64,000 nt of DNA from Thermoleophilia bacterium. GTDB taxonomy: Bacteria > Actinomycetota > Thermoleophilia > Miltoncostaeales > Miltoncostaeaceae. Positions 13,144 through 23,347 of this stretch are shown one piece after another. The stretch lies in contig JAYTQG010000226.1 in assembly GCA_043746815.1 (NCBI GenBank), positions 647-64,646 on the forward strand, given 5' to 3'. Position numbers and translations under genes: made by a program. Under the pieces are notes generated by a model. The model made no database searches. It saw only the letters and a program-made list of their open reading frames with translations, and was not told the DNA's origin. Position 1 is the first letter of the stretch. Every line of letters begins with the position of its first letter.

Positions 13144-14213
13144 TGGTCGCCGTGCTCCTGGTCGGTGGGGAGGGTCGCCGTCTGCGCCCTCTCACCGACA
13201 CACGTCCGAAGCCGATGATGGCGCTCGTTGACCGACCATTCATCCAACACCAACTGGACCACCTGCGGCGGTTCGGCATCCAGGATGTCGTGTTTTCATG
13301 CGGGTACCTGCCAGATCAGGTTGTCGACTACTTTGGCGATGGATCAGCCCTCGGAATGCGACTGACCTACGTCGTCGATCCATTCCCGCTCGGTACCGCG
13401 GGGGCCATCAAGAATGCGGAGCCGCACCTCGGGAGCGGGGACTTCCTCGTCCTGAATGGCGACATCCTGACGGACCTCGACCTCGCCGAGCTCCAAGCCG
13501 CCCACGGGATATCGGGGGCCTCAGGAACCATCGCCCTGACGCCGGTGGAGGACCCCTCCGCGTTCGGTCTCGTGCGCCTGCATCCCGATCGGTCGGTTGA
13601 CGCCTTTCTCGAAAAGCCTGCTCGCGAGGATCTCCTCCCGGGCGAGCCGTTCAACATCAACGCTGGTACGTACCTGATGAGCCGCGATGTTCTGGCGGAG
13701 ATCCCCGACGGCGTGATGTGCTCGATCGAACGCGACATCTTCCCGAAGATCGCGGCGGCCGGCCGACTTTTTGGCCACCCAAACAACGCCTACTGGCGTG
13801 ACATCGGAACACACCGTTCGTATCTGGACGCTCACCTTGACGTCCTTACGGGACGTGTTCGAACCGAGTCCCCCACCGGAGTGCGGTACCTCGGGGTCGG
13901 GGCGATTGTCGCGCCGGGGGCCGAGGTATCCGGGGGTAGCTCAATCGGTGCCGGAGCGAGCGTCGGTCCTGGCGCCTGCGTGACGGGGAGTGTCATCGGC
14001 GACGGAGTGAAGGTGGCGCGCGGTGCCCGTGTGGATGGGGCCATCGTAGGTGCGGGGGCCCGCATCGACGACGGGGCGAACATCGGGCCGGGCGTCGTTG
14101 TTGGCGACGGTGCACGCGTGGGTGGGGGGAGTTCGCTGGTGGGGACAGTCCTCGTCGACACTCACGCTCACCTGCAGCCGGGAACCCAACGTGATGGGTC
14201 TCAGCCCGCTTAA
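13143..14213 (+). CDS. NDP-sugar pyrophosphorylase (mannose-1-phosphate guanylyltransferase-like) with left-handed beta-helix C-terminus
   Basis: LVGGEGRRLRPLT nucleotidyltransferase motif and a C-terminal hexapeptide-repeat region. Its GTG shares one base (13143) with the ugd stop codon. Confidence 0.85.
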   Translation: MVAVLLVGGEGRRLRPLTDTRPKPMMALVDRPFIQHQLDHLRRFGIQDVVFSCGYLPDQVVDYFGDGSALGMRLTYVVDPFPLGTAGAIKNAEPHLGSGDFLVLNGDILTDLDLAELQAAHGISGASGTIALTPVEDPSAFGLVRLHPDRSVDAFLEKPAREDLLPGEPFNINAGTYLMSRDVLAEIPDGVMCSIERDIFPKIAAAGRLFGHPNNAYWRDIGTHRSYLDAHLDVLTGRVRTESPTGVRYLGVGAIVAPGAEVSGGSSIGAGASVGPGACVTGSVIGDGVKVARGARVDGAIVGAGARIDDGANIGPGVVVGDGARVGGGSSLVGTVLVDTHAHLQPGTQRDGSQPA

Positions 14214-14386
14214 GTGCGAGAATTCCTGCGAAATGCCTTCGCCGATGTCGCGATGGAACGTACCCCTCAAGTTGGACGCTCTTGCTGCCGATGTCGCGCG
14301 CATGACTTCTCCCTCACGCCTTCGCCGAGCAGTTCTGTGGTGCGCACGTCGCCGTATTCGCCCGCACTATCGATAGGGACTGACCT

Positions 14387-14770
14387 GTGAGCACCCCCGC
14401 GAATGAGGAACTCCCCCGGCGCGTCCCAAAGCCGTGGGGACACGAACTGTGGTGGGCAAAGACCGACCGTTATGCGGGCAAGCTGCTCTTCGTCAAAGCT
14501 GGTCAGCGGCTTTCGCTGCAGTTCCACAACCAGAAGGATGAGACAAGCTTCCTGTTCTCGGGCCGTCTGCTGCTCACAAAGGGTCCCTCCGCGGATGCCC
14601 TGGTGACCGAGGAACTGCTGCCCGGCGCCGCGTGGCGCAACCGGCCCGGCGAGATCCACACGATCGAAGCGATCGTCGATTCAGAAGTCTTTGAGGTCTC
14701 GACGCCGGAACTCGACGACGTTGTGCGCCTGGATGACCGCTACGGCCGGGAAGGTACCAACGCGCCCTGA
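14387..14770 (+). CDS. Cupin domain protein (type II phosphomannose-isomerase-like)
   Basis: 127 aa. KPWGHELWW...SLQFHNQKDE...GEIHTIEA cupin motifs. Confidence 0.75.
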   Translation: MSTPANEELPRRVPKPWGHELWWAKTDRYAGKLLFVKAGQRLSLQFHNQKDETSFLFSGRLLLTKGPSADALVTEELLPGAAWRNRPGEIHTIEAIVDSEVFEVSTPELDDVVRLDDRYGREGTNAP

Positions 14771-16551
14771 TCGGCCGTCGTATCGGTCGCTGTCGCCGCC
14801 GCCGCCGCCGCGGCCGCATCCGTCGTCGACTGGTCGCTGGGACTCGTGTCGGGGACAGCTGCTGCCGATCCCGCGGCGTTGTCCAGCGCGGAGAACGGGT
14901 ACTGCACCTCGGCATTCCAGAGGAGAAACTCGTTGACGCCGAGCTTGCGGGCAGCGTCGATCTGGGCCCGAATCTGCTCGGGACCGTAGGGGACACCGCC
15001 CGAATATGCCTGTAGCCACGGCACCGGGCGCGCCCCGTTGCCCTTCATCTTGTCGAGGAAGTCACGCAGCGAGCGCCGGATGATGTCCTGTGGCTGGCGT
15101 TCGGGATCGGCGACCTGATACTCGCCGCGACCCCACACCGATGGGTACAGCATGGGCGCGACGACGTCGAGGTAGCGTGACATCCGGTTGACGTCCTGCG
15201 CGATCTGATCGGGGCGACTGGCGGCGATCCCAAAGACAGATGCCCCGACGAGCGTTCCGTAGGGCTTAAAGCGGGCCTGGGTCTCGGCCAAGAAACGGAT
15301 CACCTCATCCGTCGGCGAACTGGTGCCGATCCCCGGAAATCGCATGGTCTCGATTGGACCGTCTGGGCGGCGAACGTAGTCAAACAGCACCTCGTCAATG
15401 CCTGACTTGGCGGCCTCGACAGCGATGTCCGTGTTGTACGACCGAACGGCAGCGTTTGCGACATTCGTAAAGCCAGCGTTGGCAGAAAAGGGGAGACCGT
15501 TCGGGCCCTGGATCACACGGTCGTGGTGCCCGGCCGCCCATGCGGCCTTCGCATAGGCCGGGTCTTTGAACACGACCAGGCGTCCGACGACGGATGCGCC
15601 GTGCGAGTGAATTTCGCGAATGGCGTCCTTCAGCACATACTGCGGCGAAACAGCCCCGATGCGGAGTGCTTCCGGAACCTTGGAGTCATAACCAACGGTT
15701 CCGCGCTCGTCTTTCAGGTCCAGCTCGATGGCAGTGAGGGCTCCACGGTCGATTTGCGCGAACATCTCGCGCCGAATGATCGGGCTATGCCAGGCGATGG
15801 CCGAAACGTGGACGGCGCGAACCGGACGTTTGGGACCACGTGGGACGACGTTGATCGTGACCGGAAGCGTCGTGGCGTTTCCGGCCTGGTCAATCGCCCG
15901 AATGGTGGGTGGGGCGATTGGTGGCTCCGCCAGCGCAAATCGGAAGTGCCCATCGCTTACCGCGACGGGCTGGGCGTCAACCGCCAGGCGCACGCGCTCG
16001 TCGACGTCTCCGGAAATGACGACGGGTCGTCCGCGCACGTTCCCGTCTTCGCCAGCGGTGATGTTGACCGTTGGCTGTGTCGTATCGATAGTGAACCGCC
16101 ACGAATGACGGATCGGCCACGGGATCGGGCTCTGCCCGACGGTGAGATCAACTTCGTGGGAGCCCTCATGGAGGGTGCTTGCGTTTAGTACCAGGTCGCC
16201 GTTGTCAGTCCGCGCCTGCTCGGTGACGTCGCCGCCGTCCAGCGTCAGCGTCGCCGAGTCCAACGAGCGTGCGTTCGACGAATGGGCGCGAATCACCAGC
16301 TTTCCGATACTCGCGGGACCGATGATCGCACCGTCTGCTGGGCCGCTTGTGGAAAGTTGTGGTCCCGCACTTCGCAGACCGAACCCCGCGATCAGTCCCG
16401 TTGCCATGCATCCGGCGCACAAGGCAACTAATTGTGACTGCCGGGCAGTGCCCAGACGATTGCGGAATGTCAAAGCATCCCCAGCGAGTGTCCGCTGGCG
16501 TCGGGCCCGGCGGGATTGCCCGGGCGGTTCTGGGGAATGCGGGTTCGTCAT
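14740..16551 (-). CDS. Membrane-anchored putative glycoside-hydrolase-like protein (DUF4015-type TIM barrel, from memory)
   Basis: 603 aa with an N-terminal TM segment and a beta-rich middle region. The C-terminal segment reads AIELDLKDERG...DEVLFDYVRRPDG...APMLYPSVW. Ala/Thr-rich tail. Confidence 0.6.
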   Translation of the reverse strand: MTNPHSPEPPGQSRRARRQRTLAGDALTFRNRLGTARQSQLVALCAGCMATGLIAGFGLRSAGPQLSTSGPADGAIIGPASIGKLVIRAHSSNARSLDSATLTLDGGDVTEQARTDNGDLVLNASTLHEGSHEVDLTVGQSPIPWPIRHSWRFTIDTTQPTVNITAGEDGNVRGRPVVISGDVDERVRLAVDAQPVAVSDGHFRFALAEPPIAPPTIRAIDQAGNATTLPVTINVVPRGPKRPVRAVHVSAIAWHSPIIRREMFAQIDRGALTAIELDLKDERGTVGYDSKVPEALRIGAVSPQYVLKDAIREIHSHGASVVGRLVVFKDPAYAKAAWAAGHHDRVIQGPNGLPFSANAGFTNVANAAVRSYNTDIAVEAAKSGIDEVLFDYVRRPDGPIETMRFPGIGTSSPTDEVIRFLAETQARFKPYGTLVGASVFGIAASRPDQIAQDVNRMSRYLDVVAPMLYPSVWGRGEYQVADPERQPQDIIRRSLRDFLDKMKGNGARPVPWLQAYSGGVPYGPEQIRAQIDAARKLGVNEFLLWNAEVQYPFSALDNAAGSAAAVPDTSPSDQSTTDAAAAAAAATATDTTADQGALVPSRP

Positions 16552-16638
16552 GAAAGCAGTCCGCGCGCCCTTGAGGACCCGCGGCTTTGTAGCGTACCGG
16601 GCGGTGAGGCTTCCGTGTCCGGATACGTCCGAGAAGGC

Positions 16639-17898
16639 TCAGTCGACGGCGATGGCCGTCTGGTCGAGTACACGCTGGAGGGCATCAACGCAGGCCTGGG
16701 CGGCCGCCTGCGGGTACTGCTGCCTCAGCAATTCGAAGGTGTCCCCCGGCGCGCCGTCGACTGCAACCAGCGCCGCAAATGAATCGGCGATCATCACGAT
16801 CGTGCGCTCAATCGGCGGATCCGACTTGTCAGCCCCAAGTGCGGCAATCCAGTTCGCTTCATCCGGGAAGCCGACGTTGACGATAAGGCGGTGGCCGAGG
16901 GAATCCGACTCACGATCGCCTGGGTCGGAGATCCGAGCCATGTTTGCCAGCAGCCCCGCGAGACGAATCCGGGCAACACGGAGCGGATCCAGGCCCAACT
17001 CCCGTGCGATCATTGCGCACAGTTCAGCGACGCGCTCTGAGTGGCCTTCGCCGATCCCGAGAAGTTCGTCAGCAGTCTTGCCAAGTGCTCCGGCGATGAC
17101 GACGGAGGCATCGCCGCGTCGGTCGACATAGCCCGCTGTCTCGTCACGGTGGGTGGGGTCGAGGTCGTCAGAGTAGATGAGTGCTCCGCGGCGACTGTGC
17201 TTCGCGGCGATCAGGGCAAGGTCGGCATGGCGGATCAGCTCTTCGGGGTCCTGTTCGCGGGACTCTGCGATGCCCGCGGACGCGCTGACACGTGGCTCCA
17301 CACCAAGTGCCCGAAGATTGCCCTGCAGGCGCTGGGAAAAGCCGAACGCCCCCCACGTCGGCTCCTTCAACAAGATGACCGCAAACTCGTCGCCACCGAC
17401 GCGGTACGCCCGGTCGCCAGCACGCATCGTGTCGCCAAGGACGCCCGCCAGCTGGCGAATCATGTCGTCGCCCGCTTTGTGGCCCAGGGTGTCGTTGGCG
17501 CGCTTCAGTCCGTCCATGTCAAGCATGACCAGGCTCAGCGGTTTGCGCCGCGGATCCTTGTTGGCGACCTCGCTCGCGAGATCCTCCTGGAACGCTCGGT
17601 GGTTTCCGAGCGACGTCAGACTGTCGGTACGGGCGGCCTGCTCCAACCTGGTCATTCCATCGACGTCACCCTCACGGATGGTACGTCGCATGGTGAGCGC
17701 CAACGAAATCCCGGCGGTCGCGGCAATTGTTGTCACAGCCAGCAAGAACGCGCTTACCGACCGAGATGCGTCGGTCAAGGCGCCGACGGTCGCAACGATG
17801 GCCAGGAAGGCGACGAATCCACCGACTGCCACGACCGATGCTGATGAAACCCGTTGTTCCGACAATTCGCCAGGGACTCCCTCGGGGGACGTTCTCAA
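16639..17898 (-). CDS. Membrane diguanylate cyclase (GGDEF) fused to a degenerate HD-GYP-like domain
   Basis: Two N-terminal TM helices. RAGD I-site five residues before GGDEF. The C-terminal region starts HSERVAELCAMIARELGL but lacks the HD and HHE..GYP motifs. Confidence 0.85.
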   Translation of the reverse strand: MRTSPEGVPGELSEQRVSSASVVAVGGFVAFLAIVATVGALTDASRSVSAFLLAVTTIAATAGISLALTMRRTIREGDVDGMTRLEQAARTDSLTSLGNHRAFQEDLASEVANKDPRRKPLSLVMLDMDGLKRANDTLGHKAGDDMIRQLAGVLGDTMRAGDRAYRVGGDEFAVILLKEPTWGAFGFSQRLQGNLRALGVEPRVSASAGIAESREQDPEELIRHADLALIAAKHSRRGALIYSDDLDPTHRDETAGYVDRRGDASVVIAGALGKTADELLGIGEGHSERVAELCAMIARELGLDPLRVARIRLAGLLANMARISDPGDRESDSLGHRLIVNVGFPDEANWIAALGADKSDPPIERTIVMIADSFAALVAVDGAPGDTFELLRQQYPQAAAQACVDALQRVLDQTAIAVD

Positions 17899-17970
17899 AG
17901 GCCATCGGCACTGTCCGGTCGTTGCATGAGGCGGTTGGGCGCTCAGTCAGGAGGATCGACGACGGCAGGG

Positions 17971-18198
17971 TCAACGCGCTTGCTCGACCGCCAACACTTC
18001 GGCCGCGGGTGCGGGGCGGCGTGAAGGGGGCTCAAGTCGGGCGGTCGCGTCGAGCCACTGCACCATCGTCGGACGGGTCGCGGCGACGCGCAGCTCGTCG
18101 AGAAGGTAGTTGGAGAGTGATTTCCCTGCGAGTGCGGCGCGCGACTTGAGTTCCTGCCGGAGATCGTCGGGAACGTTGCGAATCTGAAGCGTTGACAT
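17971..18198 (-). CDS. RHH (FitA/VapB-like) antitoxin-type DNA-binding protein, no adjacent toxin
   Basis: 75 aa. MSTLQIRNVPDDLRQELKSRAALAGKSLSNYLLDELRVAATRPT is a typical RHH antitoxin N-terminus. Confidence 0.7.
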   Translation of the reverse strand: MSTLQIRNVPDDLRQELKSRAALAGKSLSNYLLDELRVAATRPTMVQWLDATARLEPPSRRPAPAAEVLAVEQAR

Positions 18199-18241
18199 GC
18201 ACTTGAGACTAATGCACGCACATCACATGTCCACCCCACCG

Positions 18242-19399
18242 CTAGCCCGCGGCGTGTGTCGCTGATCCCGCTCGGCGTTCCAGTTCGGCGCGGATGAACG
18301 CGTCCAGGTCCCCATCCATGACCGCTTGGACGTTGCCGGTCTCGTGTTGGGTACGCAGATCCTTCACCAGCGAGTACGGATGAACGACGTACGAGCGAAT
18401 CTGGCTGCCAAAGCCGATGGTCATGCTCTCCCCACGGGCCTTCGCGGCGACTTCCTCGCGGCGCTCAAGCTCCATCGCAACCATGCGAGAGCGCAAGAGC
18501 GCCATGGCGGTCGCCCGGTTTTGCATCTGCGAGCGCTCGTTTTGGCACTGAACCACGATCTTCGTCGGCAGGTGAGTAATCCGTACCGCGGAGTCGGTCT
18601 TGTTGACGTGCTGGCCACCCGCGCCGCTGGCCCGGTAGGTGTCGATCTTGAGGTCTTTGTCGTCGATCGTCACGTCGACATCGTCGCTGACCAGCGGGCT
18701 GACCTCGACGGCCGCAAACGATGTCTGACGCCGGTGGGCGGAGTCAAACGGGGAGAGGCGGACGAGGCGGTGGACGCCACGCTCGGCCGCCATCAGTCCG
18801 AACGCGTTTTGACCACGGATTGTGAACGTAGTGGATTTGATCCCAGCCTCCGTTCCGTCCTGCCGGTCGTTGACCTCGGATTGAAAGCCTCGGCGCTCGG
18901 CCCAACGCAGGTACATCCGCAGCAGCATCTCGGCCCAGTCCTGGGCGTCGGTGCCCCCCTCGCCGGAGTTGATCGAAACGACCGCTGGTCCGCCGTCGTG
19001 CGTGCCGGTGAACAGCCGTGCCTCTTCCAGGCGGACGATGCGGTCGTCCAGGGTTCCAACAGCCGCTGAGATCTCGGCCACAAAGCCATCCTCAAGCGTC
19101 CCCGCCTGCTGCTCCTCACGGCCCATTGCGATCAGCTCGACGAGGTCGTCGGTATCGCTGGAGAGCGAGCGGTAGTCGTCCAGCCGACGCTGCCAGCTGG
19201 AGTGCTCGGCATTCACCTGGGTAGCCTTATCCGGCTCATCCCAGAATCCCGGTGCGCCCATCTGATCCGTTAGTTCCGTAAGGCGTGCCTCAATGCGGTC
19301 AGGGTTGAGGTAGACGCCCATCGCTGCGACCCGCCCGACAAGGCGCGTGCCGTGCTGGGCGAACTCGTCAAGCGTCGGTCCCTTGTCGCTGGTGCTCAA
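18242..19399 (-). CDS. prfB: Peptide chain release factor 2
   Basis: SPF and GGQ (SGAGGQHVNKT) motifs. A single uninterrupted reading frame. Confidence 0.95.
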   Translation of the reverse strand: MSTSDKGPTLDEFAQHGTRLVGRVAAMGVYLNPDRIEARLTELTDQMGAPGFWDEPDKATQVNAEHSSWQRRLDDYRSLSSDTDDLVELIAMGREEQQAGTLEDGFVAEISAAVGTLDDRIVRLEEARLFTGTHDGGPAVVSINSGEGGTDAQDWAEMLLRMYLRWAERRGFQSEVNDRQDGTEAGIKSTTFTIRGQNAFGLMAAERGVHRLVRLSPFDSAHRRQTSFAAVEVSPLVSDDVDVTIDDKDLKIDTYRASGAGGQHVNKTDSAVRITHLPTKIVVQCQNERSQMQNRATAMALLRSRMVAMELERREEVAAKARGESMTIGFGSQIRSYVVHPYSLVKDLRTQHETGNVQAVMDGDLDAFIRAELERRAGSATHAAG

Positions 19400-19865
19400 C
19401 TACTTCTCCTCTGTATGCCTCGGCTGCGGGCGAGGATAACGGTTCGGCGACCGGTCCTCTCGCCATCGCGGACGATGGGCGGCCCCAGGCACGAACGACG
19501 CAGCTGGGGATCATGGCTCGACTTGCGGCGGGCGGGTAGGCGGCGCGGTACGCGGTTGGGGTCATGCCGTAGGTGCGCCGGAAGGCGGTCGTAAAGGATC
19601 CAACACTTTGCAGTCCGACGTTCAGGCAGACCTCCGCAACACTCCATTCGGTCCCGCGCAGGAGGGCGGTGGCACGTTCCATTCTCCGGGTCAGGAGGTA
19701 CTGGTGGGGCGGCTCGCCGAATGCCCTGCGGAACTCGCGGCTGAAGTGCGCCGTTGACAGGCGCGCCGCGCGTGCCATCGCTGGGACGTCAAGCGGCTCG
19801 CGGTAGCGGGCGTCGATCAGGTCGCGGGCGCGAAGCAGGTGGCGAACGGGAGGAACAGGAGTCAT
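19368..19865 (-). CDS. AraC family transcriptional regulator
   Basis: Double HTH_18-type sequence (LSTAHFSREFRRAFGEPPHQYL...VGLQSVGSFTTAFRRTYGMTP). Internal ATG chosen as start. The 3' end overlaps the prfB start by 32 nt. Confidence 0.8.
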   Translation of the reverse strand: MTPVPPVRHLLRARDLIDARYREPLDVPAMARAARLSTAHFSREFRRAFGEPPHQYLLTRRMERATALLRGTEWSVAEVCLNVGLQSVGSFTTAFRRTYGMTPTAYRAAYPPAASRAMIPSCVVRAWGRPSSAMARGPVAEPLSSPAAEAYRGEVVEHQRQGTDA

Positions 19866-20012
19866 GTGGCGGATGATGGCTGGGGCCTGCCCAACTGCGC
19901 AAGCCCCCGCCATCATCAGACTCCATCTCGTGCAGTTCTATCCGGGCTCCGGCTCGGTTGCCGACGGCTCAGGAGGACGGACCCTGGCGGGGCTGATGCC
20001 GAGACACATCGG

Positions 20013-20423
20013 TCAGCTGCGCTGTGCGACGCGGATCTGGTTACCGGACGGGTCGCGGAAGGCGCAGTCGATTCCGTACGGCATCTGCGTGGGCTCCTGC
20101 TGGAACTCGACGCCCCGCGCCTTCAGGGTCTCGTAGAGCCCCTGCAAGTCGTCGGTCTCGAAGAACACGGGGCTGACGACGCCCTTTGCGACGAGGTCCG
20201 CCAGCTTGTCTGCCGTATCCTGATCAAACTCGTGCGGCCCCATCAGCTTCATCAGGACAAGGAGGACGTCGGATTGGCCGGGGTAGCCCACGGACAGCCA
20301 TCGAAAGTTGCCCATCTCGGCCATCGTGACGTCCTCACGGACCTCGAATCCGACCTTCTCGGTGTAGAAGGCGAGTGCCTCGTCTTGATCGTGGACCCAA
20401 ACGGTTGCGTGGGTCAGCTTCAT
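20013..20423 (-). CDS. VOC/glyoxalase family protein
   Basis: MKLTHATVWVHDQDEALAFYTEKVGFEV...GVEF..EP...YG..C.FRDPSGN pattern. Confidence 0.8.
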   Translation of the reverse strand: MKLTHATVWVHDQDEALAFYTEKVGFEVREDVTMAEMGNFRWLSVGYPGQSDVLLVLMKLMGPHEFDQDTADKLADLVAKGVVSPVFFETDDLQGLYETLKARGVEFQQEPTQMPYGIDCAFRDPSGNQIRVAQRS

Positions 20424-20593
20424 TGCGGTCGTCTCCTCTGGTTTGAATGACTTCAAGTCACGCTACCCCGCGCGCCGAGAATCGTCTTCTCCAAACGTGC
20501 TGGATCGGCGAGCACCAACGTCCGGGTAGACGTGTGGAGCCCAGCCGCCCGCGACCCATGCAGGGAGGGTCGCCAGTGTCATCCGGCGGTGAA

Positions 20594-23254
20594 TCAGACC
20601 TCGCGGGGCGTTGCTCCAGGGGCGCCGTGGCATTTCTTGAACTTCTCACCCGAGCCGCAGGGGCATGGGTCATTTCGCCCGACGCGGTCCCACTCACCGG
20701 TAACCCGCTGCTCGACGGCGGGGGCTACGTCGGCGACACTCGCGGCGGATTCGTCCAAGGCGAGGATTTTTTCCTGGTCCTCGGTGGCAAACGCCGCGCC
20801 CTCGTCGTCCACGTCGGCGTAGGCCGACAGACCCTGGCTGGGCTCGTCGGCGTAGGTGTAGTTCACGCCGTCCAGCTGCGGAGCCTCGGGCTCTGGGACT
20901 GCCTCCAGCTCGAAGTGGAACATGAAGCGGACAAAGTCCTGTTTCACGCCGCCCATCAGCTCGTCGAACATGCCGTGGCCCTCGATCCGGTATTCGGACA
21001 GGGGGTCCTTCTGGGCCAGCCCGCGCAGGTGGATTCCCTCGCGCAGGTAGTCCATGTTCAGCAGGTGCTCGCGCCAGTGGACATCCACGGTCTGCAGCAG
21101 CGCCCAGCGCTCGACGTCACGCATCAACTCGCTGCCATGCTCGGCTTCGCTCTTGTCATAGAGCGCCATCGCGTCATCTTCGATCAGATCCAGGAAGTCT
21201 TCCCGGCTGATCGTGTTTCGTTCGATGTCGGCGAGGCGGACCGTGATGGGGTAGATGGTCCCAAGCTGGGCGAACAGTGCCTCCCAGTCCCAATCGGCTG
21301 GCGGATCGTCCTCGGGTCCAGCGGCCGAGTCGACCGTCTCCACCAGGGTCTCCGCGATCCAGTCGCGGGCGCGGTCCGAGAAGTCCTCACCCTCGAGCAC
21401 ACGGCGGCGCTCGGCGTAGATGACCTCTCGCTGCTTGTTCAGGACGTCGTCGTACTCCAAGACGCGCTTGCGGATATTGAAGTTCTGCTCCTCGACCTTC
21501 TTCTGGGCCCCCTCGACGGTCTTCGTCAGGATTTTGGCCTCCAGCGGCATGTCGTCGCCCTGGCCGAAGCGATCAAGGACGCGGTACATCCGGTCGCCGG
21601 AGAAAATTCGGATCAGGTCATCCTCAGCGGAGAGGTAGAACTTCGAGCGGCCGGGGTCACCCTGGCGACCAGAACGCCCCCGCAACTGATTGTCGATCCG
21701 GCGGCTCTCGTGGCGCTCAGTACCGACCACGTAGAGACCACCTAGCTCGGGAATTCCCTCGCCGAGTTTGATGTCGACACCACGTCCGGCCATGTTCGTT
21801 GCAATGGTGACCGCTCCGCGCTGGCCCGCGTCCTTAATGATTTCGGCCTCACGCTCGTGCTGCTTGGCGTTCAAGACATTGTGAGTGATTCCACGCTCCA
21901 CGAGCAGACCCGCGAGCATCTCGGATGTCTCGACCGAGGCGGTTCCGACAAGAACCGGCTGGCCGCGCTCGTGCGCAGCGGAAATGTCGTCGATGACGGC
22001 GTTGAACTTGCCGATCTTGGTCTTGAAGATGACGTCGTTGTCGTCGGCGCGAACCATCGGACGGTTGGTTGGGACGGAGACGACCTCCATCTTGTAGATC
22101 TTCGAGAACTCATTTGCCTCGGTGGAGGCGGTACCCGTCATGCCGGAGATCTTTCCGTACATGCGGAAGTAGTTCTGCAGGGTGACCGTCGCGAGGGTCT
22201 GGTTCTCCTCGCGGATCTGGACGCCCTCCTTGGCCTCGATGGCCTGGTGGAGTCCCTCGGAGTAGCGGCGCCCTTCAAGGGTGCGGCCGGTGAACTCGTC
22301 GATGATCAGCACCTCGCCGTCACGGACGAGGTACTCCTTGTCGATCTTGAAGAGTGCGCGTGCCTTCAACGCCTGAATCAGGTGATTGACCAGCTGACCG
22401 TTGACATCCAGGTAGAGGTTGTCCACGCCAAGGGCCGTCTCCACCTTGTGGACGCCAGACTCGGTGGGGGCGACGGTGCGCTGCTTTTCGTCCACCTCGT
22501 AGTCGGTTCCCTTACGGAAGGTCGCGACGATCCGGGCGAGGCTGTAGTACGTGTCAGTGGCGGCCTCTGGCACACCGGAGATGATCAGCGGCGTGCGGGC
22601 TTCATCGATCAGGATTGAGTCGGCTTCGTCCACAATGACGAACTCATGGCTGCGTTGGACGCAGTCCTCAAGTCGAACCGCCATGTTGTCGCGCAGGTAG
22701 TCAAAGCCAAACTCGGAGTTGGTGCCGAAGGTAACGTCGCACCGGTAGGCGGCGCGGCGTTCCTCCTCGGGCATGTTGGCCTCAATGATCCCAACACTGA
22801 CCCCGAGGGCGTCGTAGATCGGCATCATCCACTCGGCGTCGCGTCGGGCGAGGTAGTCGTTCACCGTCACCATGTGAACACCCTTGTCAGCGATGGCGTT
22901 CAAGTAGACGGCGAGCACAGCTGTCAGGGTCTTGCCCTCACCCGTCTTCATCTCGGCGACCGCACCCTCGTGCAGCACCATGCCGCCGACCAGCTGAACG
23001 TCGTAGTGGCGCATGCTCATGGTGCGCTTGCCAGCCTCCCGGCAGGCGGCGAAGGCCTGATCCAGGACATCGTCCAGGGTTGCGCCCTCAGCGACCCGAC
23101 CGCGGAGTTCCGCGGTCGTCGCGCGCAGCTCATCATCGGAGAGTTCCGACATTGACGGTTCCAACGCACCGATGCGCTCGGCGCGTTGGACCCGTTGTTT
23201 CATCACACGGCTTTCGCCAAATCGAAGTACGCGATTAAGGAGGTCAGTGCTCAT
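20594..23254 (-). CDS. secA: Preprotein translocase ATPase SecA
   Basis: 886 aa. Walker A region [13 protein letters not shown]-like [20 protein letters not shown], and C-terminal zinc motif [14 protein letters not shown]. Confidence 0.98.
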   Translation of the reverse strand: MSTDLLNRVLRFGESRVMKQRVQRAERIGALEPSMSELSDDELRATTAELRGRVAEGATLDDVLDQAFAACREAGKRTMSMRHYDVQLVGGMVLHEGAVAEMKTGEGKTLTAVLAVYLNAIADKGVHMVTVNDYLARRDAEWMMPIYDALGVSVGIIEANMPEEERRAAYRCDVTFGTNSEFGFDYLRDNMAVRLEDCVQRSHEFVIVDEADSILIDEARTPLIISGVPEAATDTYYSLARIVATFRKGTDYEVDEKQRTVAPTESGVHKVETALGVDNLYLDVNGQLVNHLIQALKARALFKIDKEYLVRDGEVLIIDEFTGRTLEGRRYSEGLHQAIEAKEGVQIREENQTLATVTLQNYFRMYGKISGMTGTASTEANEFSKIYKMEVVSVPTNRPMVRADDNDVIFKTKIGKFNAVIDDISAAHERGQPVLVGTASVETSEMLAGLLVERGITHNVLNAKQHEREAEIIKDAGQRGAVTIATNMAGRGVDIKLGEGIPELGGLYVVGTERHESRRIDNQLRGRSGRQGDPGRSKFYLSAEDDLIRIFSGDRMYRVLDRFGQGDDMPLEAKILTKTVEGAQKKVEEQNFNIRKRVLEYDDVLNKQREVIYAERRRVLEGEDFSDRARDWIAETLVETVDSAAGPEDDPPADWDWEALFAQLGTIYPITVRLADIERNTISREDFLDLIEDDAMALYDKSEAEHGSELMRDVERWALLQTVDVHWREHLLNMDYLREGIHLRGLAQKDPLSEYRIEGHGMFDELMGGVKQDFVRFMFHFELEAVPEPEAPQLDGVNYTYADEPSQGLSAYADVDDEGAAFATEDQEKILALDESAASVADVAPAVEQRVTGEWDRVGRNDPCPCGSGEKFKKCHGAPGATPREV

Positions 23255-23347
23255 TGGTGCGGATGTCCCAGGAGGTATGGACGAAGTAGCGATCGTAGCA
23301 ATCGGGGTTCCTTCGGCCGGGACATGGCAACAGTTGAGCCTCGTGCC

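Noticed and set aside
18242-19399. Programmed +1 frameshift site (CUU UGA C) in prfB.
   Set aside because: The RF2 reading frame is uninterrupted through the region equivalent to the E. coli shift site (...AAMGVYLNPDRIEARL...). No in-frame UGA is present, so this prfB does not use autoregulatory frameshifting.
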